A stretch of 64,000 nt of DNA from Vicugna vicugna (lineage: Eukaryota), in assembly GCA_013265495.1 (NCBI GenBank), contig MU061538.1, forward strand, positions 1,180,001 to 1,244,000, given 5' to 3'. The notes under the pieces are model-generated. The model saw nothing but the letters and a program-made list of their open reading frames with translations. It was not told the DNA's origin and ran no database searches. Numbering within the stretch: the first letter of the stretch is position 1; the number at the start of each line of letters is the position of its first letter. Made by a program: the position numbers and the translations under genes. Shown piece after piece: positions 52,255-64,000 of this stretch.

Positions 52255-54047
52255 AAACAGTTTAGGTGAAGTTCACATAGCATGAAATTAACCATTTTAA
52301 AGTGAACAATTCAGTGGTGTTTGGTACTTTCACAATGTTGTGCAACCATCACTTCCATCTAGTTCCAAAACATTTCAGTCACCCCACAGTGAAAATAAAG
52401 TCCCGTACTTAACAGCAATTTCTCCCCATCCGTCCTCGCCCAGATCCTGGCGACCACCAATCTGCATTCTAAATCCAGAGATTTACCTGGTCTGGATATT
52501 TCATATAAATGGAATCATACACTGTGTGACCTTTTGAGTCTGATTTCTTTCACTTGGCGTAATGTTTTTGAGGTTCATCCATGCTGTAGGATGTATCAGT
52601 CCTTCATTCCCTTTTATGGCTGAATAATATTCTACTGTGTGTGTATACCACAGTTTGTGTATCCATTCATCTGTTGTTAGACATTTGGCTGTTCCTGCGT
52701 TTTGGCTGATGTCAGTAGCATTACTGCGAACCTGCACTATGTGCATTTATTTGACAGCTTTTAATTCTTTTGTGTATATACTAGGAGTGAAAGTGCTCAG
52801 TCACATGGTAATTCCATGTGACCACGACTGTTTGCATAGCAGTTGCATGATTCTACATTCCTATTAGCAATGTATGAGGGGTCCACTTTCTCCACGTTAT
52901 CTCCAATACTTGCTATTTTTGACTTAAAAAAAGTGTAGCCATCCTAATAATTGTGGAGTGGTGTCTCACTATGGTTTTTATTTGCACTTCCCTAATGACT
53001 AAAGACATTGAGCACCTTTTCATGAGCTTGATGGCCATTTGTACATTATTTTTGGAGAGATGTCTATTCAAATCACTTGCTCCTTTTAAACCTGGTGTGT
53101 CTTTTTATTGTTGAGTTTTAGGAATTCTTAATATAGCCTGGAAATGGAACTTTTATCATGTATGTGATTTGCAGACATTTTCTCCCATTTTGTGGGATGT
53201 CTTTTCACTCCCTTGATGGTCTCCTTTGATACACTATCTCAAGAGTCCACTTTATCTATGCTTTCTTTTGTTTCTTGTGTTCTTGGTGTCATGTCCAAGA
53301 AATCTCACCAAATCCAACATCATGAAGATTCTCCCCTATGTTTTCTTCTAAGAGTTTTTATAGTTTTAGCTCTTATATTTACGCCTTTGACTTATTTTGA
53401 GTTACTGCTTGTACATGGTGTAAGACAAGGGTATACCTTCATTCTTTTGCATGTGGACGTCTGTTTTTTCCCATTTTGGGGAAGACACTGTCCTTTCCCC
53501 ATTGAATGGTCTTGATATCTTTGTGAAAAAATCAATTAACCATAGATGGGAAAGCTTATTTCTGGGATCTCGGTTCTGTGCCGTTGGTCTAGGTGCCTGT
53601 CCTTAAGCTGGTGCCATATTGTTTTTGATTACTGTACTTCGTAGTAAGTTTTGAAATTGGGACGTATGGGACTACACTTTGCACTTCTTTTTCAAGATTG
53701 TTTTAGCTATTCCGGGTCCCTTGAAATTCCAGATGAATTTTGGAATGTATTCTTCCATTTCTGCAAATACGCCATTGGGATTTTGATAGGGGATTCATTG
53801 CAATGAATCTGTGTACCACTTTGGGTAATACTGTTATTTTAACAGTATTAAGTCTTCCAACCTGAGAACACAAGGTGTCTTTCCATTTGCTAAGGTCTTC
53901 TTTAATTTCTTTCAAAACGTTTTGTAGTTTTCATTGTGAAAGTCTTACACTGCCTCGGATAAATTTATTCCTAAATATCTTATTCTTTTTGATGCTGTTG
54001 TAAATGGAATTGTTTTCTTAATTTCCTTTTCAGATTGTTGATTGCTA
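52255..54047 (-). mobile_element. Second LINE-1 (3' ~1.8 kb) nested in the older L1
   Basis: A new 3' terminus appears (ttcacatagcatgaaattaaccattttaaagtgaacaattcagtgg). ORFs 53703-53915 (-) [16 protein letters not shown] and 53945-54139 (-) EIKKTIPFTTASKRIRYLGINL are L1 ORF2. Confidence 0.88.
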
Positions 54048-55700
54048 GTGTCTCCTTCACTTTGGAAGGGTAATTTCAGATACAAAAATTGTATGTTAGT
54101 GGGTTTTTTTATTTCAACATTTTGAATATTTTGCTCCACTCCCTCCTTGCTTGCGCTATTTTTGAGGCGAAGTGTGATGCAGATCTTACCCCTATTCGTC
54201 TATAGGGCAGGTGGGTTTTTCCGGACTTCAAGATTTTTCCTTTGGTTCTCTGTGGTTTGTGTATGATATACTCAGGTGTACATGTTTCGGTATTTATCTT
54301 GCTTGATGTTCCTGGATCTGTGGTTTGATATCTGTCATTAATTGTGAAAATTCTTATCCATTATTATTTCAAATATTTCTTCTCCTCCTTCCCTTCCTTC
54401 CAGTATTCTCGCTACATGGATGTCAAGTATTTGGTGACTGCCCCACAGTTCTTGGATATTCTCTTCCTTTTTCGTTCTTTTTTCTCTTTGCGCTTCAGTT
54501 TGGGGTGTTGCTATCGCCGTATCTTCAGGCTCACTGAGTCTCTCCTGGGCCACGTGCTGCTGCCCGAGGAGCCCATCACAGGCTGCTTCATTTCTTACTG
54601 TGCTCTGGCGTTTCCTTTTGAATCTTTCTTACAGTTTCCATCTCTCTGCTTACATTACCCACCTGTTCTTTCATGTTGTTCACTTTTTCTATTAGAACCG
54701 TTGTCATAGTTAATCCTAGATTTTTAAAAAGCTGTTTGATAATTTCAAAATCTCTGCCACATTGGAGTCTGACTCTCAGGCTGTGTCTCTTCAGACAGTA
54801 GTGGTTTCATGCCTTTGGCGTGTCTTGTTCTTTTTGGTGCAAGCCGCCACATGCATCGGGTCATAGGCAGTGAGGTAAGCAGGCTGTTAGGAAGGCTTTA
54901 TGTTGCTTTGAGGAGGAGTTGTGCTGCCCTTAGTCTTTGCTGTAGCCATAGGTATCCAGCTTTCACTTCCTCTCCTGTCTGTGTTTTGCTCTCCTCTCCT
55001 GTCGTTGGATTTCCTTGAAACTCCCTCCCCAACAGATGCTGTGTTTCGGCTGGGTCAGTCATAACACGCTGATTATCCTGCAGCCCTGTTGACGTGGTGA
55101 CAAGGTGTTGAGGGAGAAGTGTTCTATCATCTTGTGATTATATCTTCATTTTTTAATGGCCTGGCATCTATGGGCTGTGACCTTTAGAAGAGCCCCTCAC
55201 TCTTCTCTCCCTTCCCTTATGTGAGCCAGGAAGACCAGCTGGGGCTCAAACCACCCAGTTATCCTCTCTCCAGGTCACATGGCTCACATAAGAAGGTTTC
55301 CCCTGAGGGCGGGTCCCTGGACAGAGAAGAGGGAGCTCTGAGTGTATTTCAGATGCCTCCTCCCTCATCCGATCCCTCCTGCTGCTACAGACACTAGGGG
55401 TCTCATGCAGGGCTCATCACAAGAACCTGGGCAGGCTCTTGGAGGTAGAACTCGCCAAGGACTGGCCCCTGGTGGTTTCTAACTCTGCAGCTAGTCCACA
55501 CCCAGCCCCCAGCAGGCCTCAGCCGCCCCCTAGGAGAGCCAGCTCTGCACCCAGTGGGCGGGGGTCTCTCTGGGTTTCAGGTTTTGCCCTCTGACCTTGA
55601 TCTTCTGGTCGTTCTAAGAGCAACTGTTGATTTTTCCATCTTTTTTTCTTGTGAGGATGGGAATGATGGTTGCATGCTGTTTACATGTCAAAGTAAAAAC
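54048..55700 (-). mobile_element. Continuation of the old LINE-1: ORF1 and 5' region
   Basis: ORF 54338-54553 (-) AQERLSEPED...REKRTKKEENIQELW...EEIFEIIMDKNF resembles L1 ORF1p. Confidence 0.75.
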
Positions 55701-58700
55701 CAGAATTTGTGAATCTTGGCAAGTTTTTGTTTGTTCTGTTTTTTCCTGTCACTGCCCTCTTGCTGTTGCCTCCTTTTAGCTTTTGACCTTTTATTTCGCG
55801 TGATCCCAGAGCTTCCCACTTGTCCCCTCAGCTCTCCAGCACCTACTGTTTATTTGGTGTTTATGCACTTCTGACCTCTTCCCTGGTTTCTTTACTTACA
55901 TGACTTGTTGGCAAGTTATTGAATGAATAGTTTTAGATCTTTAGTTGTGTATTTTCAAGTTTTGGATTTTTAAAAAGAAAAACCTTACTGTTTGTAAAAT
56001 CATAGAGCCTTGTTATAAAATTTCTAACAATATATAACCGTACCAAGAAGAATGTAAACACATCCACATGTGTATGCACACGTGGGCACACTCAAAATCC
56101 CGCCACCAAGGGGTAATTATCGTGAACCTCTGGAGAACATCATTCAGCCATGGTTCCAATGCAAAAGTGCAGACAGATTGTAAAATGAATTTGAGACAAA
56201 GGGACTCACGGTATACATGCTATTTTTAAAATATATTAAGTTTTATTTTTAGATAAAATTTTCTACTACAAAATTTTTATTTCTAAAGGATCTTCCTACA
56301 ATGTAAGAAAAATTATGAATGCATTGGAGAATGGATATCCTGGTTTCATGATCAAATTCCTCTCCTGAAACGTTGATAAAATCAGCTCTGTGGAAGTATT
56401 CCTTCCACGTTCCCCCATCGGCTGTGACTCAGCACCTTTGTCAGTGTCTCACGGATGGAGGACACACTAAACGTTTAAGAATAGGAGACAAATAGATGGC
56501 AAAGCTAAGATTACAAATCTGGAGAACGAATCAGGATTAATGTAGTTGATGAAAATGACGTGGTGGAGTCACAGGTGAAGCTGTCACTGACTGGAGAGCT
56601 GGTGGATGCAGACCAGGTGATGATGTTAGAGGGGAACACCACGAGGGTGTTGGCGGGAGGAGCTTCAGGAGAGAAAGGGTTACAGGTTGAAGGGCTAAGA
56701 GATGCCCTTGGGAACACACTGGACTCTTGAATTGTTTGCAACAAAACACTCAGCTTTAAAGGGCAGAGTTGAAGTGAATGAATGTTACAATGCGTTTTTT
56801 CGACCTGGCACTGTTTATTCATGTCAACCATAATTGTATCCTATGGCCCATCCACTTGGTTATGTATCTGCCACAGCTTGCAGTGAACTTGTCTGCAGTT
56901 GCGGAAATACGGACAGACTGGCCACGTGACAATGCACAGCTGCTACCATGGGGGACCCGGCCACCAGTGCTGTGTTCAGCAGGGCCCCGAGCGGGGAGGG
57001 AACGGGGGGCTTCAGAGTGAAAACGGGGGGCTCAGTGTGCCTGCTGGAGGCTGCTGGCTCCGGGAAGCAGGGGATAGGCCACAGAGAAGCAGGGCACCGT
57101 ATATGGCTGGTGTGGGGCATCCTCAGCTTTTCTGCTGGCCCTGAGTTGAAAGCAGGGGTGAAGCACACGGAACCGCACAGGCCTGTCCTGACCAGCGGCC
57201 CGATGGCTGCAGAGGCTGGGCCCGGCTTCCCGGGCTGGTTGCTGCAGACTGGGGGTCAGCGTTCTGCTGTCACATGGGGTCGGCCGGTGTCCGTCTGCAC
57301 GTTCAGCCTCTCAGTGTTTCCATGCTTCTGTCGGCTGTCTGTTGTCACAGTAATGCCGTATCACAACCCCTCTCTCCACCCTAGACTCGGGGTTCAAACA
57401 GTAAGATTCACCTGACTTCTGAGTAAGCCTACAGGTTGGCAGTTTCGGCTGGGCTCAGTGGCGGGCCACCTTGGCCTCAGCTGGGATGACTTCTTACAGG
57501 AACAATTTTCTGAAGGAGAAACCCCAGTGGAATGGGCTAGGCTGGCTGGGGCGGCTGGGGTCACGCTGGTGTCCCACAAGCCGTTTCCCCCCCGGGCTGG
57601 CTGGCCCAGGCGTGCAAGGGGGCCCGCTGCAGCCTTTGTTTGCGTGTGTGCACGGGCGCGCGTGACTGCGCTGCCAGTCAAAGCGAGGCTGAGGCTGGAG
57701 GGGAGGAGAGGGCGGGCGCAGGCGGCCCCTGGGCGTGGCCCCGTCCTTTGCTTTGTGTCAGCAAGCGAACTGGTTGGGCGTGGGAAGCCGACTTCGCTGC
57801 GGCTGTTCGTTAATCTGCGTGCGGAACTTATCATTACCACTTTCACATGAGATAACGCATGAGTCCGGAATTTCTTAATTCATAGAGAAATGGCTTACAA
57901 TGAGGCCATTAAACTACTTTCGTGCAGTTGCATATGTATGTTTTTCATAGCACAAAGATAATTTGGATGGAAATGTTCTTGTGAAAAATTTCAAATGTTA
58001 CACATGCCGTTCATACAGTGTTTTTTTCACCGTTACTGAAACCTTCTAGGCGTTTCCACATGAAGTATCTTTTTTTTTTTTTTTGATCGCGCTTGGTTTC
58101 TTAGTTCTGAGCCTTTAGGTAGCAGCAGTCTTCCGTGCAGGGTACACTTTTCATTCATATGAAATCCTATTATAATAACTGTCACTATCTCTTTATTACC
58201 CTTAAAATGAATCAGAACGAGAGTGCGTCTGGAGTGTATTGAAGCACCGCAGGTGTGTGAATTTTATCAGCTACCGTCACGTTCTGTGTACACACAGCAG
58301 CGCGTGAGGCCGAATTCTGAAAGGGTCCAGCTGCCTCAGCTCTGATGGTGTCAAACGGGGAAGAAAGACCACATTAGAACAAATGTCACACTAAAACCTT
58401 TTGTGAAGCTTAAACTTCTTTAATAGAAAAAGAGGTAGTTTTATGCAAGTAGAAATACAAAAAGAAATGCTAAATAAGAGAATAATACCTGAAAAATTAA
58501 TTTTCTTTTTCTGAAGTTGTTCTATTTTATTATAATCCTCTCAGTGGCTTGGTTTGGGAGTATTTTCATGTATATTTTAATGGATGTTTGCTTCTGTGTT
58601 ATTCTCAGCATAACTAAATTACACGGCCATATCTTTAAATACATGTTTGATTGTTTATCCATTAAACTAATGTCTATTAAATGCCTATTCTATGAAAATG

Positions 58701-60359
58701 TAATGCCGAGAAATCTAACAAAGTGAAATCAATTCAGATCCCTGCCCTTCATTTGATGAACTTTAATGATATTAAAAATGATTGTTTAAAAATTCATTTT
58801 CCAATTATATCTTGCTAGTACACAGAAGTGTGATTAAGTTTTGTGTGTTGGCCTGCATCTAGCAGCCATATCAAATTCGCTTATTTTAAAAACTTATTAA
58901 AATAAAACACAGGTATAGAAAACCAACAAAACAAAACAAAACCTGCCCTCGGAGATGGGAGTTAAGAAGGAAAAGGAGAATGCAGGCACGGAGAACTGAA
59001 ATTCCAGTGAGAGGGCTTCGTGGAGGTGGATGCAGAAGGTGGCGGAGGGGGTGGGGGGGGAGACGGCACCTCTGGCTCTGGGGCGAGGACGTGAAATCAG
59101 TGAGGACTTGGAGAAACAGAGAGATCTGGGCAAAATGCGCAGAGAAAGTGTCCTGGCAGGAAGAGTAAGGTGAGAGTAGGTGGTGTGTGGGACCTGGGGG
59201 GAGCACCTTTGGCTGCGGAAGGGGGTCCTGGAGGAGGGAGAGGGGACAGGTTTGCAGAGAGCGTTGGGGCCAAGTCAGGGCTTCAGGAAGAAGTGGGAGG
59301 GCCTGGAGTTGCCAAGTGAGGGCTGTGCTGTGCGGAGACCCAGGGGCAGGTATGGGAGACCGTTCCTAAAGGGATGGAGAAGGGCAGGGGTGGGCGGGAG
59401 GGCCCCCGCTCAGCACAGGACCCCCAGGACCTGAAGGAGGGCGGCCCGGGTGCCCTGGAGCTTTGAGACCAGGTGCTGGGAGGCCGCAGGAGAGAAGGTT
59501 CTGCGCACAGAGCCAGCGCTCACCTACGTAGCCTCCAATGATCACAACTCATTAAAAATAGTTTCAATGTGGAAAAGATGAAGGCTTTAGATTCCTTATC
59601 AAGAGGTTTTTTTTTCTGTAGGAATTTCTATAACTTGAAAAAAAAAAGATGTCTACAGCCATGAGATGTAAGCATCACTAAGCAATTCCAGTGAGAGAAC
59701 CTAGTCTTGGCTCAGGAGTCAAGAGTGGAGGCGGTTCCTCTGCCGTAGCTCCAGGCACCGTCCTGGCTCAGTGTTTCCCCCTTGTTGCATCCCCTCTGAG
59801 ACCCACTGTAGCCACCGGGCAGAGGCGGCCCTGCTTCCTGCCCGCGGGGTGCAGTCTCCCTGTTCTTCTTCCACGATTGCTGACGGCTGCCCAGTGCACA
59901 CAAATTGTGTTACCTCATTTTCCTGGGTCACTGTAGGGGATGGAAGGCTGAGTCAGAGTTTGAAATGTTAGCTCAATTGTGAATTTACTGACACAGTTTC
60001 TGGCAGGACATCTGAATCCAAAAATATATTTAAAAAAAAATCAAAACCCGAATCCTCTCGGAATTGAAAACGGTCTTGCTTGTTTTTCTTAACTGTGGCA
60101 TTCCAGCACACAGCTCAGTACCCCATCCATAGTCGGCAGCCAGTGAGTATTTGTTGAGTTCATCATTTTCCGTGTTTCAATACCCATGTAATTTAACCCC
60201 GCAATAAGGGATAAAAAAAGAGGATTTTTTTTTCTTTGATTAAGGAAGGATTTTGAAATTAAACAATCAATATATCAATTCTTAAACTACTATAGTAACT
60301 CATGTGTTTATTAAGATAAACGGTCTTTACCACAGTGCACTGAAGCTTGGGTTATAGAA

Positions 60360-60530
60360 ATCAAAAGACTCAGGTTCAAATCTAGGCTCTGTCACTTACT
60401 AGACGTATGTGACCTTGGGCAACATTTTCAACGTCTTTGTGCCTTAGGTTTCCTCATCTGGAAAATGGGAGTAATAACACCTGCCTCACAGGATTTTTGT
60501 AGGATTAAGTTATGTTAATACATGTGAGTT
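60360..60530 (+). mobile_element. MIR SINE
   Basis: caggttcaaatctaggctctgtcacttactagacgtatgtgaccttgggcaa...tttcctcatctggaaaatgggagtaataacacctgcctcacaggatt is the MIR core. Confidence 0.88.
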
Positions 60531-62249
60531 AAGTTAAGTTAGGTAATTCTGTGGGATTCAAGTCGGGACCACATGTACAGTACTCACCTGGTGCCCAGTG
60601 GACGGCAAGCGCTGGAAAACGACGTTTTTGCCCTTGGTAGTGGTTACAGGTGGTGCGGTCACAACAGGGCAAAGCTGGGGCCTCTGGTCCGAGGTTACGT
60701 GGTTGCCGGTCCTTCATCAGAGCATCCCTTGCGGTGGAAGTCCACTCAGAGAGAGGGGTAGTGAAGTGTTGCTGATGGCATGGAAGCCTGACTTTACACG
60801 GACCAGCTGGGCACAGGCACCCTACAAATTACTTTTCAACTAAGAAAACAGAGGCAAACTGGCATGTTTTATTTGAATGAATGCTACTTAGTTTAAACTT
60901 TACGATTGGGTTTCAGGCAACAGCGGCTTGAAACTATGGTTCTTTGAACAATGGAAGTTTCAGTGCCTGCAGTATGTGAGTTTTAGTTATGTCTTTTCCT
61001 TATTATTTAAAGCTCTTCGTCCTTTGAGAATGTATTAAGGTTCTATCATTTCAGACCTCAGAATTAGCATTGAAAACATGGGATTCTTTACCTGGATGGA
61101 TGAAAGTAATTTATTGTTTGCTGGGTCAAACACGGCATGCTATTTGTCACACTGTGGTTTGTGTATCTTTCTAGAAGCTTTCAACTTTGATCTGAGCCAA
61201 AGTACACTCAGTAGCACAGATGACAGAGTTAGAAAAAACCCCAGGGATGTGCACTGTCACTCAGAGAAACTCTAAATCAACAAGTACAGAGACGCAGAGT
61301 GAAAAACGCAAGTCTTTAAAGAGGCTTGTGCGTTCTTGTGAGAGAGCAGACCTCGGCCTTTCTTGGGCGAGACAAAGGTGTGGGACAATTTATTAGTTAA
61401 AGGCTGCGCTCGCTGTGTGCCATCTGAAGGCGCCTCTTCAAGGCCAGGTTCTGGCCCTGCCGTATTTTAGGTAAACACTCGCATTTAAAAGACCTTGCCC
61501 AGCAGGGCTCCCCGAACATAAAAGCGGCTTTCTTCAACTGTCATCAGAGCGGATTTTAGAACGTGCTTTTAATACTTACGAGGTTGATGTTTGCCTTTTA
61601 AAAATGCTATTTGAGATAGCTTTTTATTTAACTTTCCCCTCGGCATGGCTTTTACCTGATTGGCGGCAGCATTAAGGAAACTCGCCTTGTGAGACCAGAC
61701 AAAGATTTAGGGAAATGTTGCACATGTGACCTTTTGAAAGTCGAGGCTTTAAAAAAAAATCCTTGTTTAAGCACCATAAAAACTGCATGGAAAACAAAGG
61801 CATATAATCTTCATCTGAACATTTGGTTTCAGATTCTTTTTATTGAGCTTGGTTGATTACACTGTGCGATAAATTAATTGTTTTCCAGGATGCTCTGTGC
61901 TTCCATTTCCTCTCTGGTTTTAACAAGCAATGGCTCAGATCAGTAAAAAAGGTAAAAGAAAGAGGTTTGGGATGTCGGACTTTGGGGTGTATTTAACTCT
62001 TCCTCTTCTAGGTTATGACTCTCATAGAAGAAATTTCGCTCTGCTGCTCAGCCCGTATTTGGAGGGTTAAGTACTGGTAGGCACTTTAAGTTTCTGTACT
62101 ACGGACATATTAATAGCTGCAAAATAGTAAATGGGATGGATGTCAGAATTCATCCAGGCGCACCTGTGTTTATTGGCATTCCCTTTGTTTCCTGTTTGAA
62201 GCAACAACTTTCTTTCAGATGTATATTTCTCTACCTAGAATATTTTTAA

Positions 62250-64000
62250 AGTCAAATATACTGAGGAGAAAAACACATGCACCTTTTTGATTGCACAGTT
62301 CCATGTGTTTTGCCAAACACAGGTGATTATGTAACCAGCACCCAAATTAAGATGTGTGACATACCCACATCACAGAGTTTCCTTCCGTCCACTTCTAAGC
62401 AGTCCCCTCCCTTCATCCCGGACCCCGGCAGGCCCTCGTCTGCCGTCTGCCGTCTGCCCCACTAGCCTTGCCTGCTCCAGAACGTCGTGCACACAGACTC
62501 AGACCACGCGTGACCTTCTGCGCTTGGCTTCCCCGGCATACTGCATTTGAGGTCCATTCGTGTTTGACATGCATCCAGAGTTGCTTTTCATCGCTGAGAT
62601 ATCTTGCATTTGGTGGGTGTGCTTTACTTGGCTAATCCACTCACAAGTTGGTGGGCATTTGGGCTGTTTTTAGTTTTTGGCAACTATGGAGAAAGCCACT
62701 ACAGATGTCCATGTACTGGTTTTAGTGTGACCATCTATTTTCATTTTTCTTGGATAAATATCTGAGAGTGGGAAAGAGCGTTCGTCCAGCGCTGTCAGAC
62801 CGTGCCCCGGAGTGCACTGTGGGAGAGTTCCAGTTGCTTCACATCCTCACCAGCACGTGGCGTTGTCAGTTTATCCTCCTCCTCCTCGGAGCCAGCCTGC
62901 TAACGCATGTGGTGCTCTCTCATCGTGGGTTGAACTTCCCCAACTGGAGAATCATCTTGAGAATCTCTTTGGGTACTAGTTTCCATCTGTATATTCTTAT
63001 TCAAGTCTTTTACCCATTAAAAAAAAATGAGTTGCTTGAATTTCTTGTATTTTCTAGATACAAGTCTTTTGCTGGATAAGTGATTTGCAAATATTTACCA
63101 AATCTTTTTGTTTTCTTAGCAGTGCCTTTGCAGGGCAAGCATTCCTAATTTTGATGAAGTCCAATTTATCAATTTTTATTTCCATGGATTGTAGTAACTC
63201 CAGGTCACAAGGATGGCTCCTATGATTTCTTCTAAAAGCTTTGTAGATTAACATTTGACATTTAGATCTGTGATGCATTCTGGGGTAATTTTTATATAAG
63301 GTATTGGGTCAGGATGGTGGTTAATTTTCTTTTTTGCATATGGGTGTTCAGTTATGCTAGCAGCATTTGTTGAAAACACTCTCCATTTTGCTCAAGTTGG
63401 CTTTGCCTCTTTATCAAAGATTAAATGGCCACGTTCGTGTGGGTCTGTTTTTGAACTCTATTCTGTTTCACTGATACGTGTTTCTTCTGTTCCTTTGCCA
63501 AGACCATACTGTCTTGATTGCGGTAGCTTTATAATAATTCTTAAAACTGGTTGGGGAGTCTTCCAAGTTTGCTCTTCTTTTTCACAGTTGTTTGGCTATT
63601 TTAGATCCTTTGTCTTTCCATATCAAGTTTTGAATCAGTTTGAATGTAAACACAAAAGTCCTGCTGGGATTTTGATTAGAATTACATGAAATCTGTCGGT
63701 TGGTAGAAGAGAGTCTTCCAGTCCATGAACATTGTATGTCTCTCCATCTAATTAGATCTCCCTTCTGTTCGTTCATCAAAGTTTTATAGTTTTCAGAATA
63801 TGTTTTATCTTTATACCTAAATATGTCATTTTTGGAGCTACTGTAAATGTTATTATAAAAATTTTTCTAATTCTTTATTGCTTGTGTACAGAAATATGAC
63901 TTTTGTGTGTTGACTTTGTATCCTACAGACTTGCTAAGTGCACTTATTAGTTTTACAGACTTGTTTTGTGGATTCTTTGGGATTTCTATAATCATGACAT
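62250..64000 (-). mobile_element. LINE-1 relic (3'UTR into ORF2), running off the window end
   Basis: Antisense L1 text. ORFs 63054-63278 (-) KIDKLDFIKIRNAC and 63582-63779 (-) DLIRWRDIQCSWTGRL are L1 ORF2-like. Confidence 0.88.

Overview
This is mammalian genomic DNA, not prokaryotic. It is probably camelid, based on a vic-1-like tRNA-derived SINE and artiodactyl-type L1 3' ends. The window is the LMBR1-RNF32 segment of the SHH long-range regulatory landscape. The + strand carries the last two coding exons of LMBR1 (5331-5492, 8256-8341) and a ~3 kb candidate 3'UTR. The - strand carries the complete RNF32 gene, convergent with LMBR1: 8 coding exons (40295 down to 19260), all GT-AG and in phase, 1095 nt = 364 aa (RING-H2, IQ motif, RING-H2). 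Its CpG-island promoter at ~42.2-43.1 kb has an RFX X-box and a tandem array of NRF1-like motifs. The rest is introns and intergenic DNA with L1, L2, MIR, LTR, MER33 and SINE relics. Several repeat-free, motif-dense blocks are positional candidates for the known SHH epithelial enhancers (MACS1 inside RNF32, MFCS4 upstream of it). Almost all entries in the ORF track are spurious (GC-rich or repeat-derived). I found no clearly new biological system. The best leads are regulatory and evolutionary: enhancer candidates, a miR-30 site cluster, a start-stop uORF, and strong local GC-biased evolution of RNF32 exon 8. Gene identities, human comparisons and repeat names come from my recall of those sequences, not from a search. 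Repeat boundaries are approximate.
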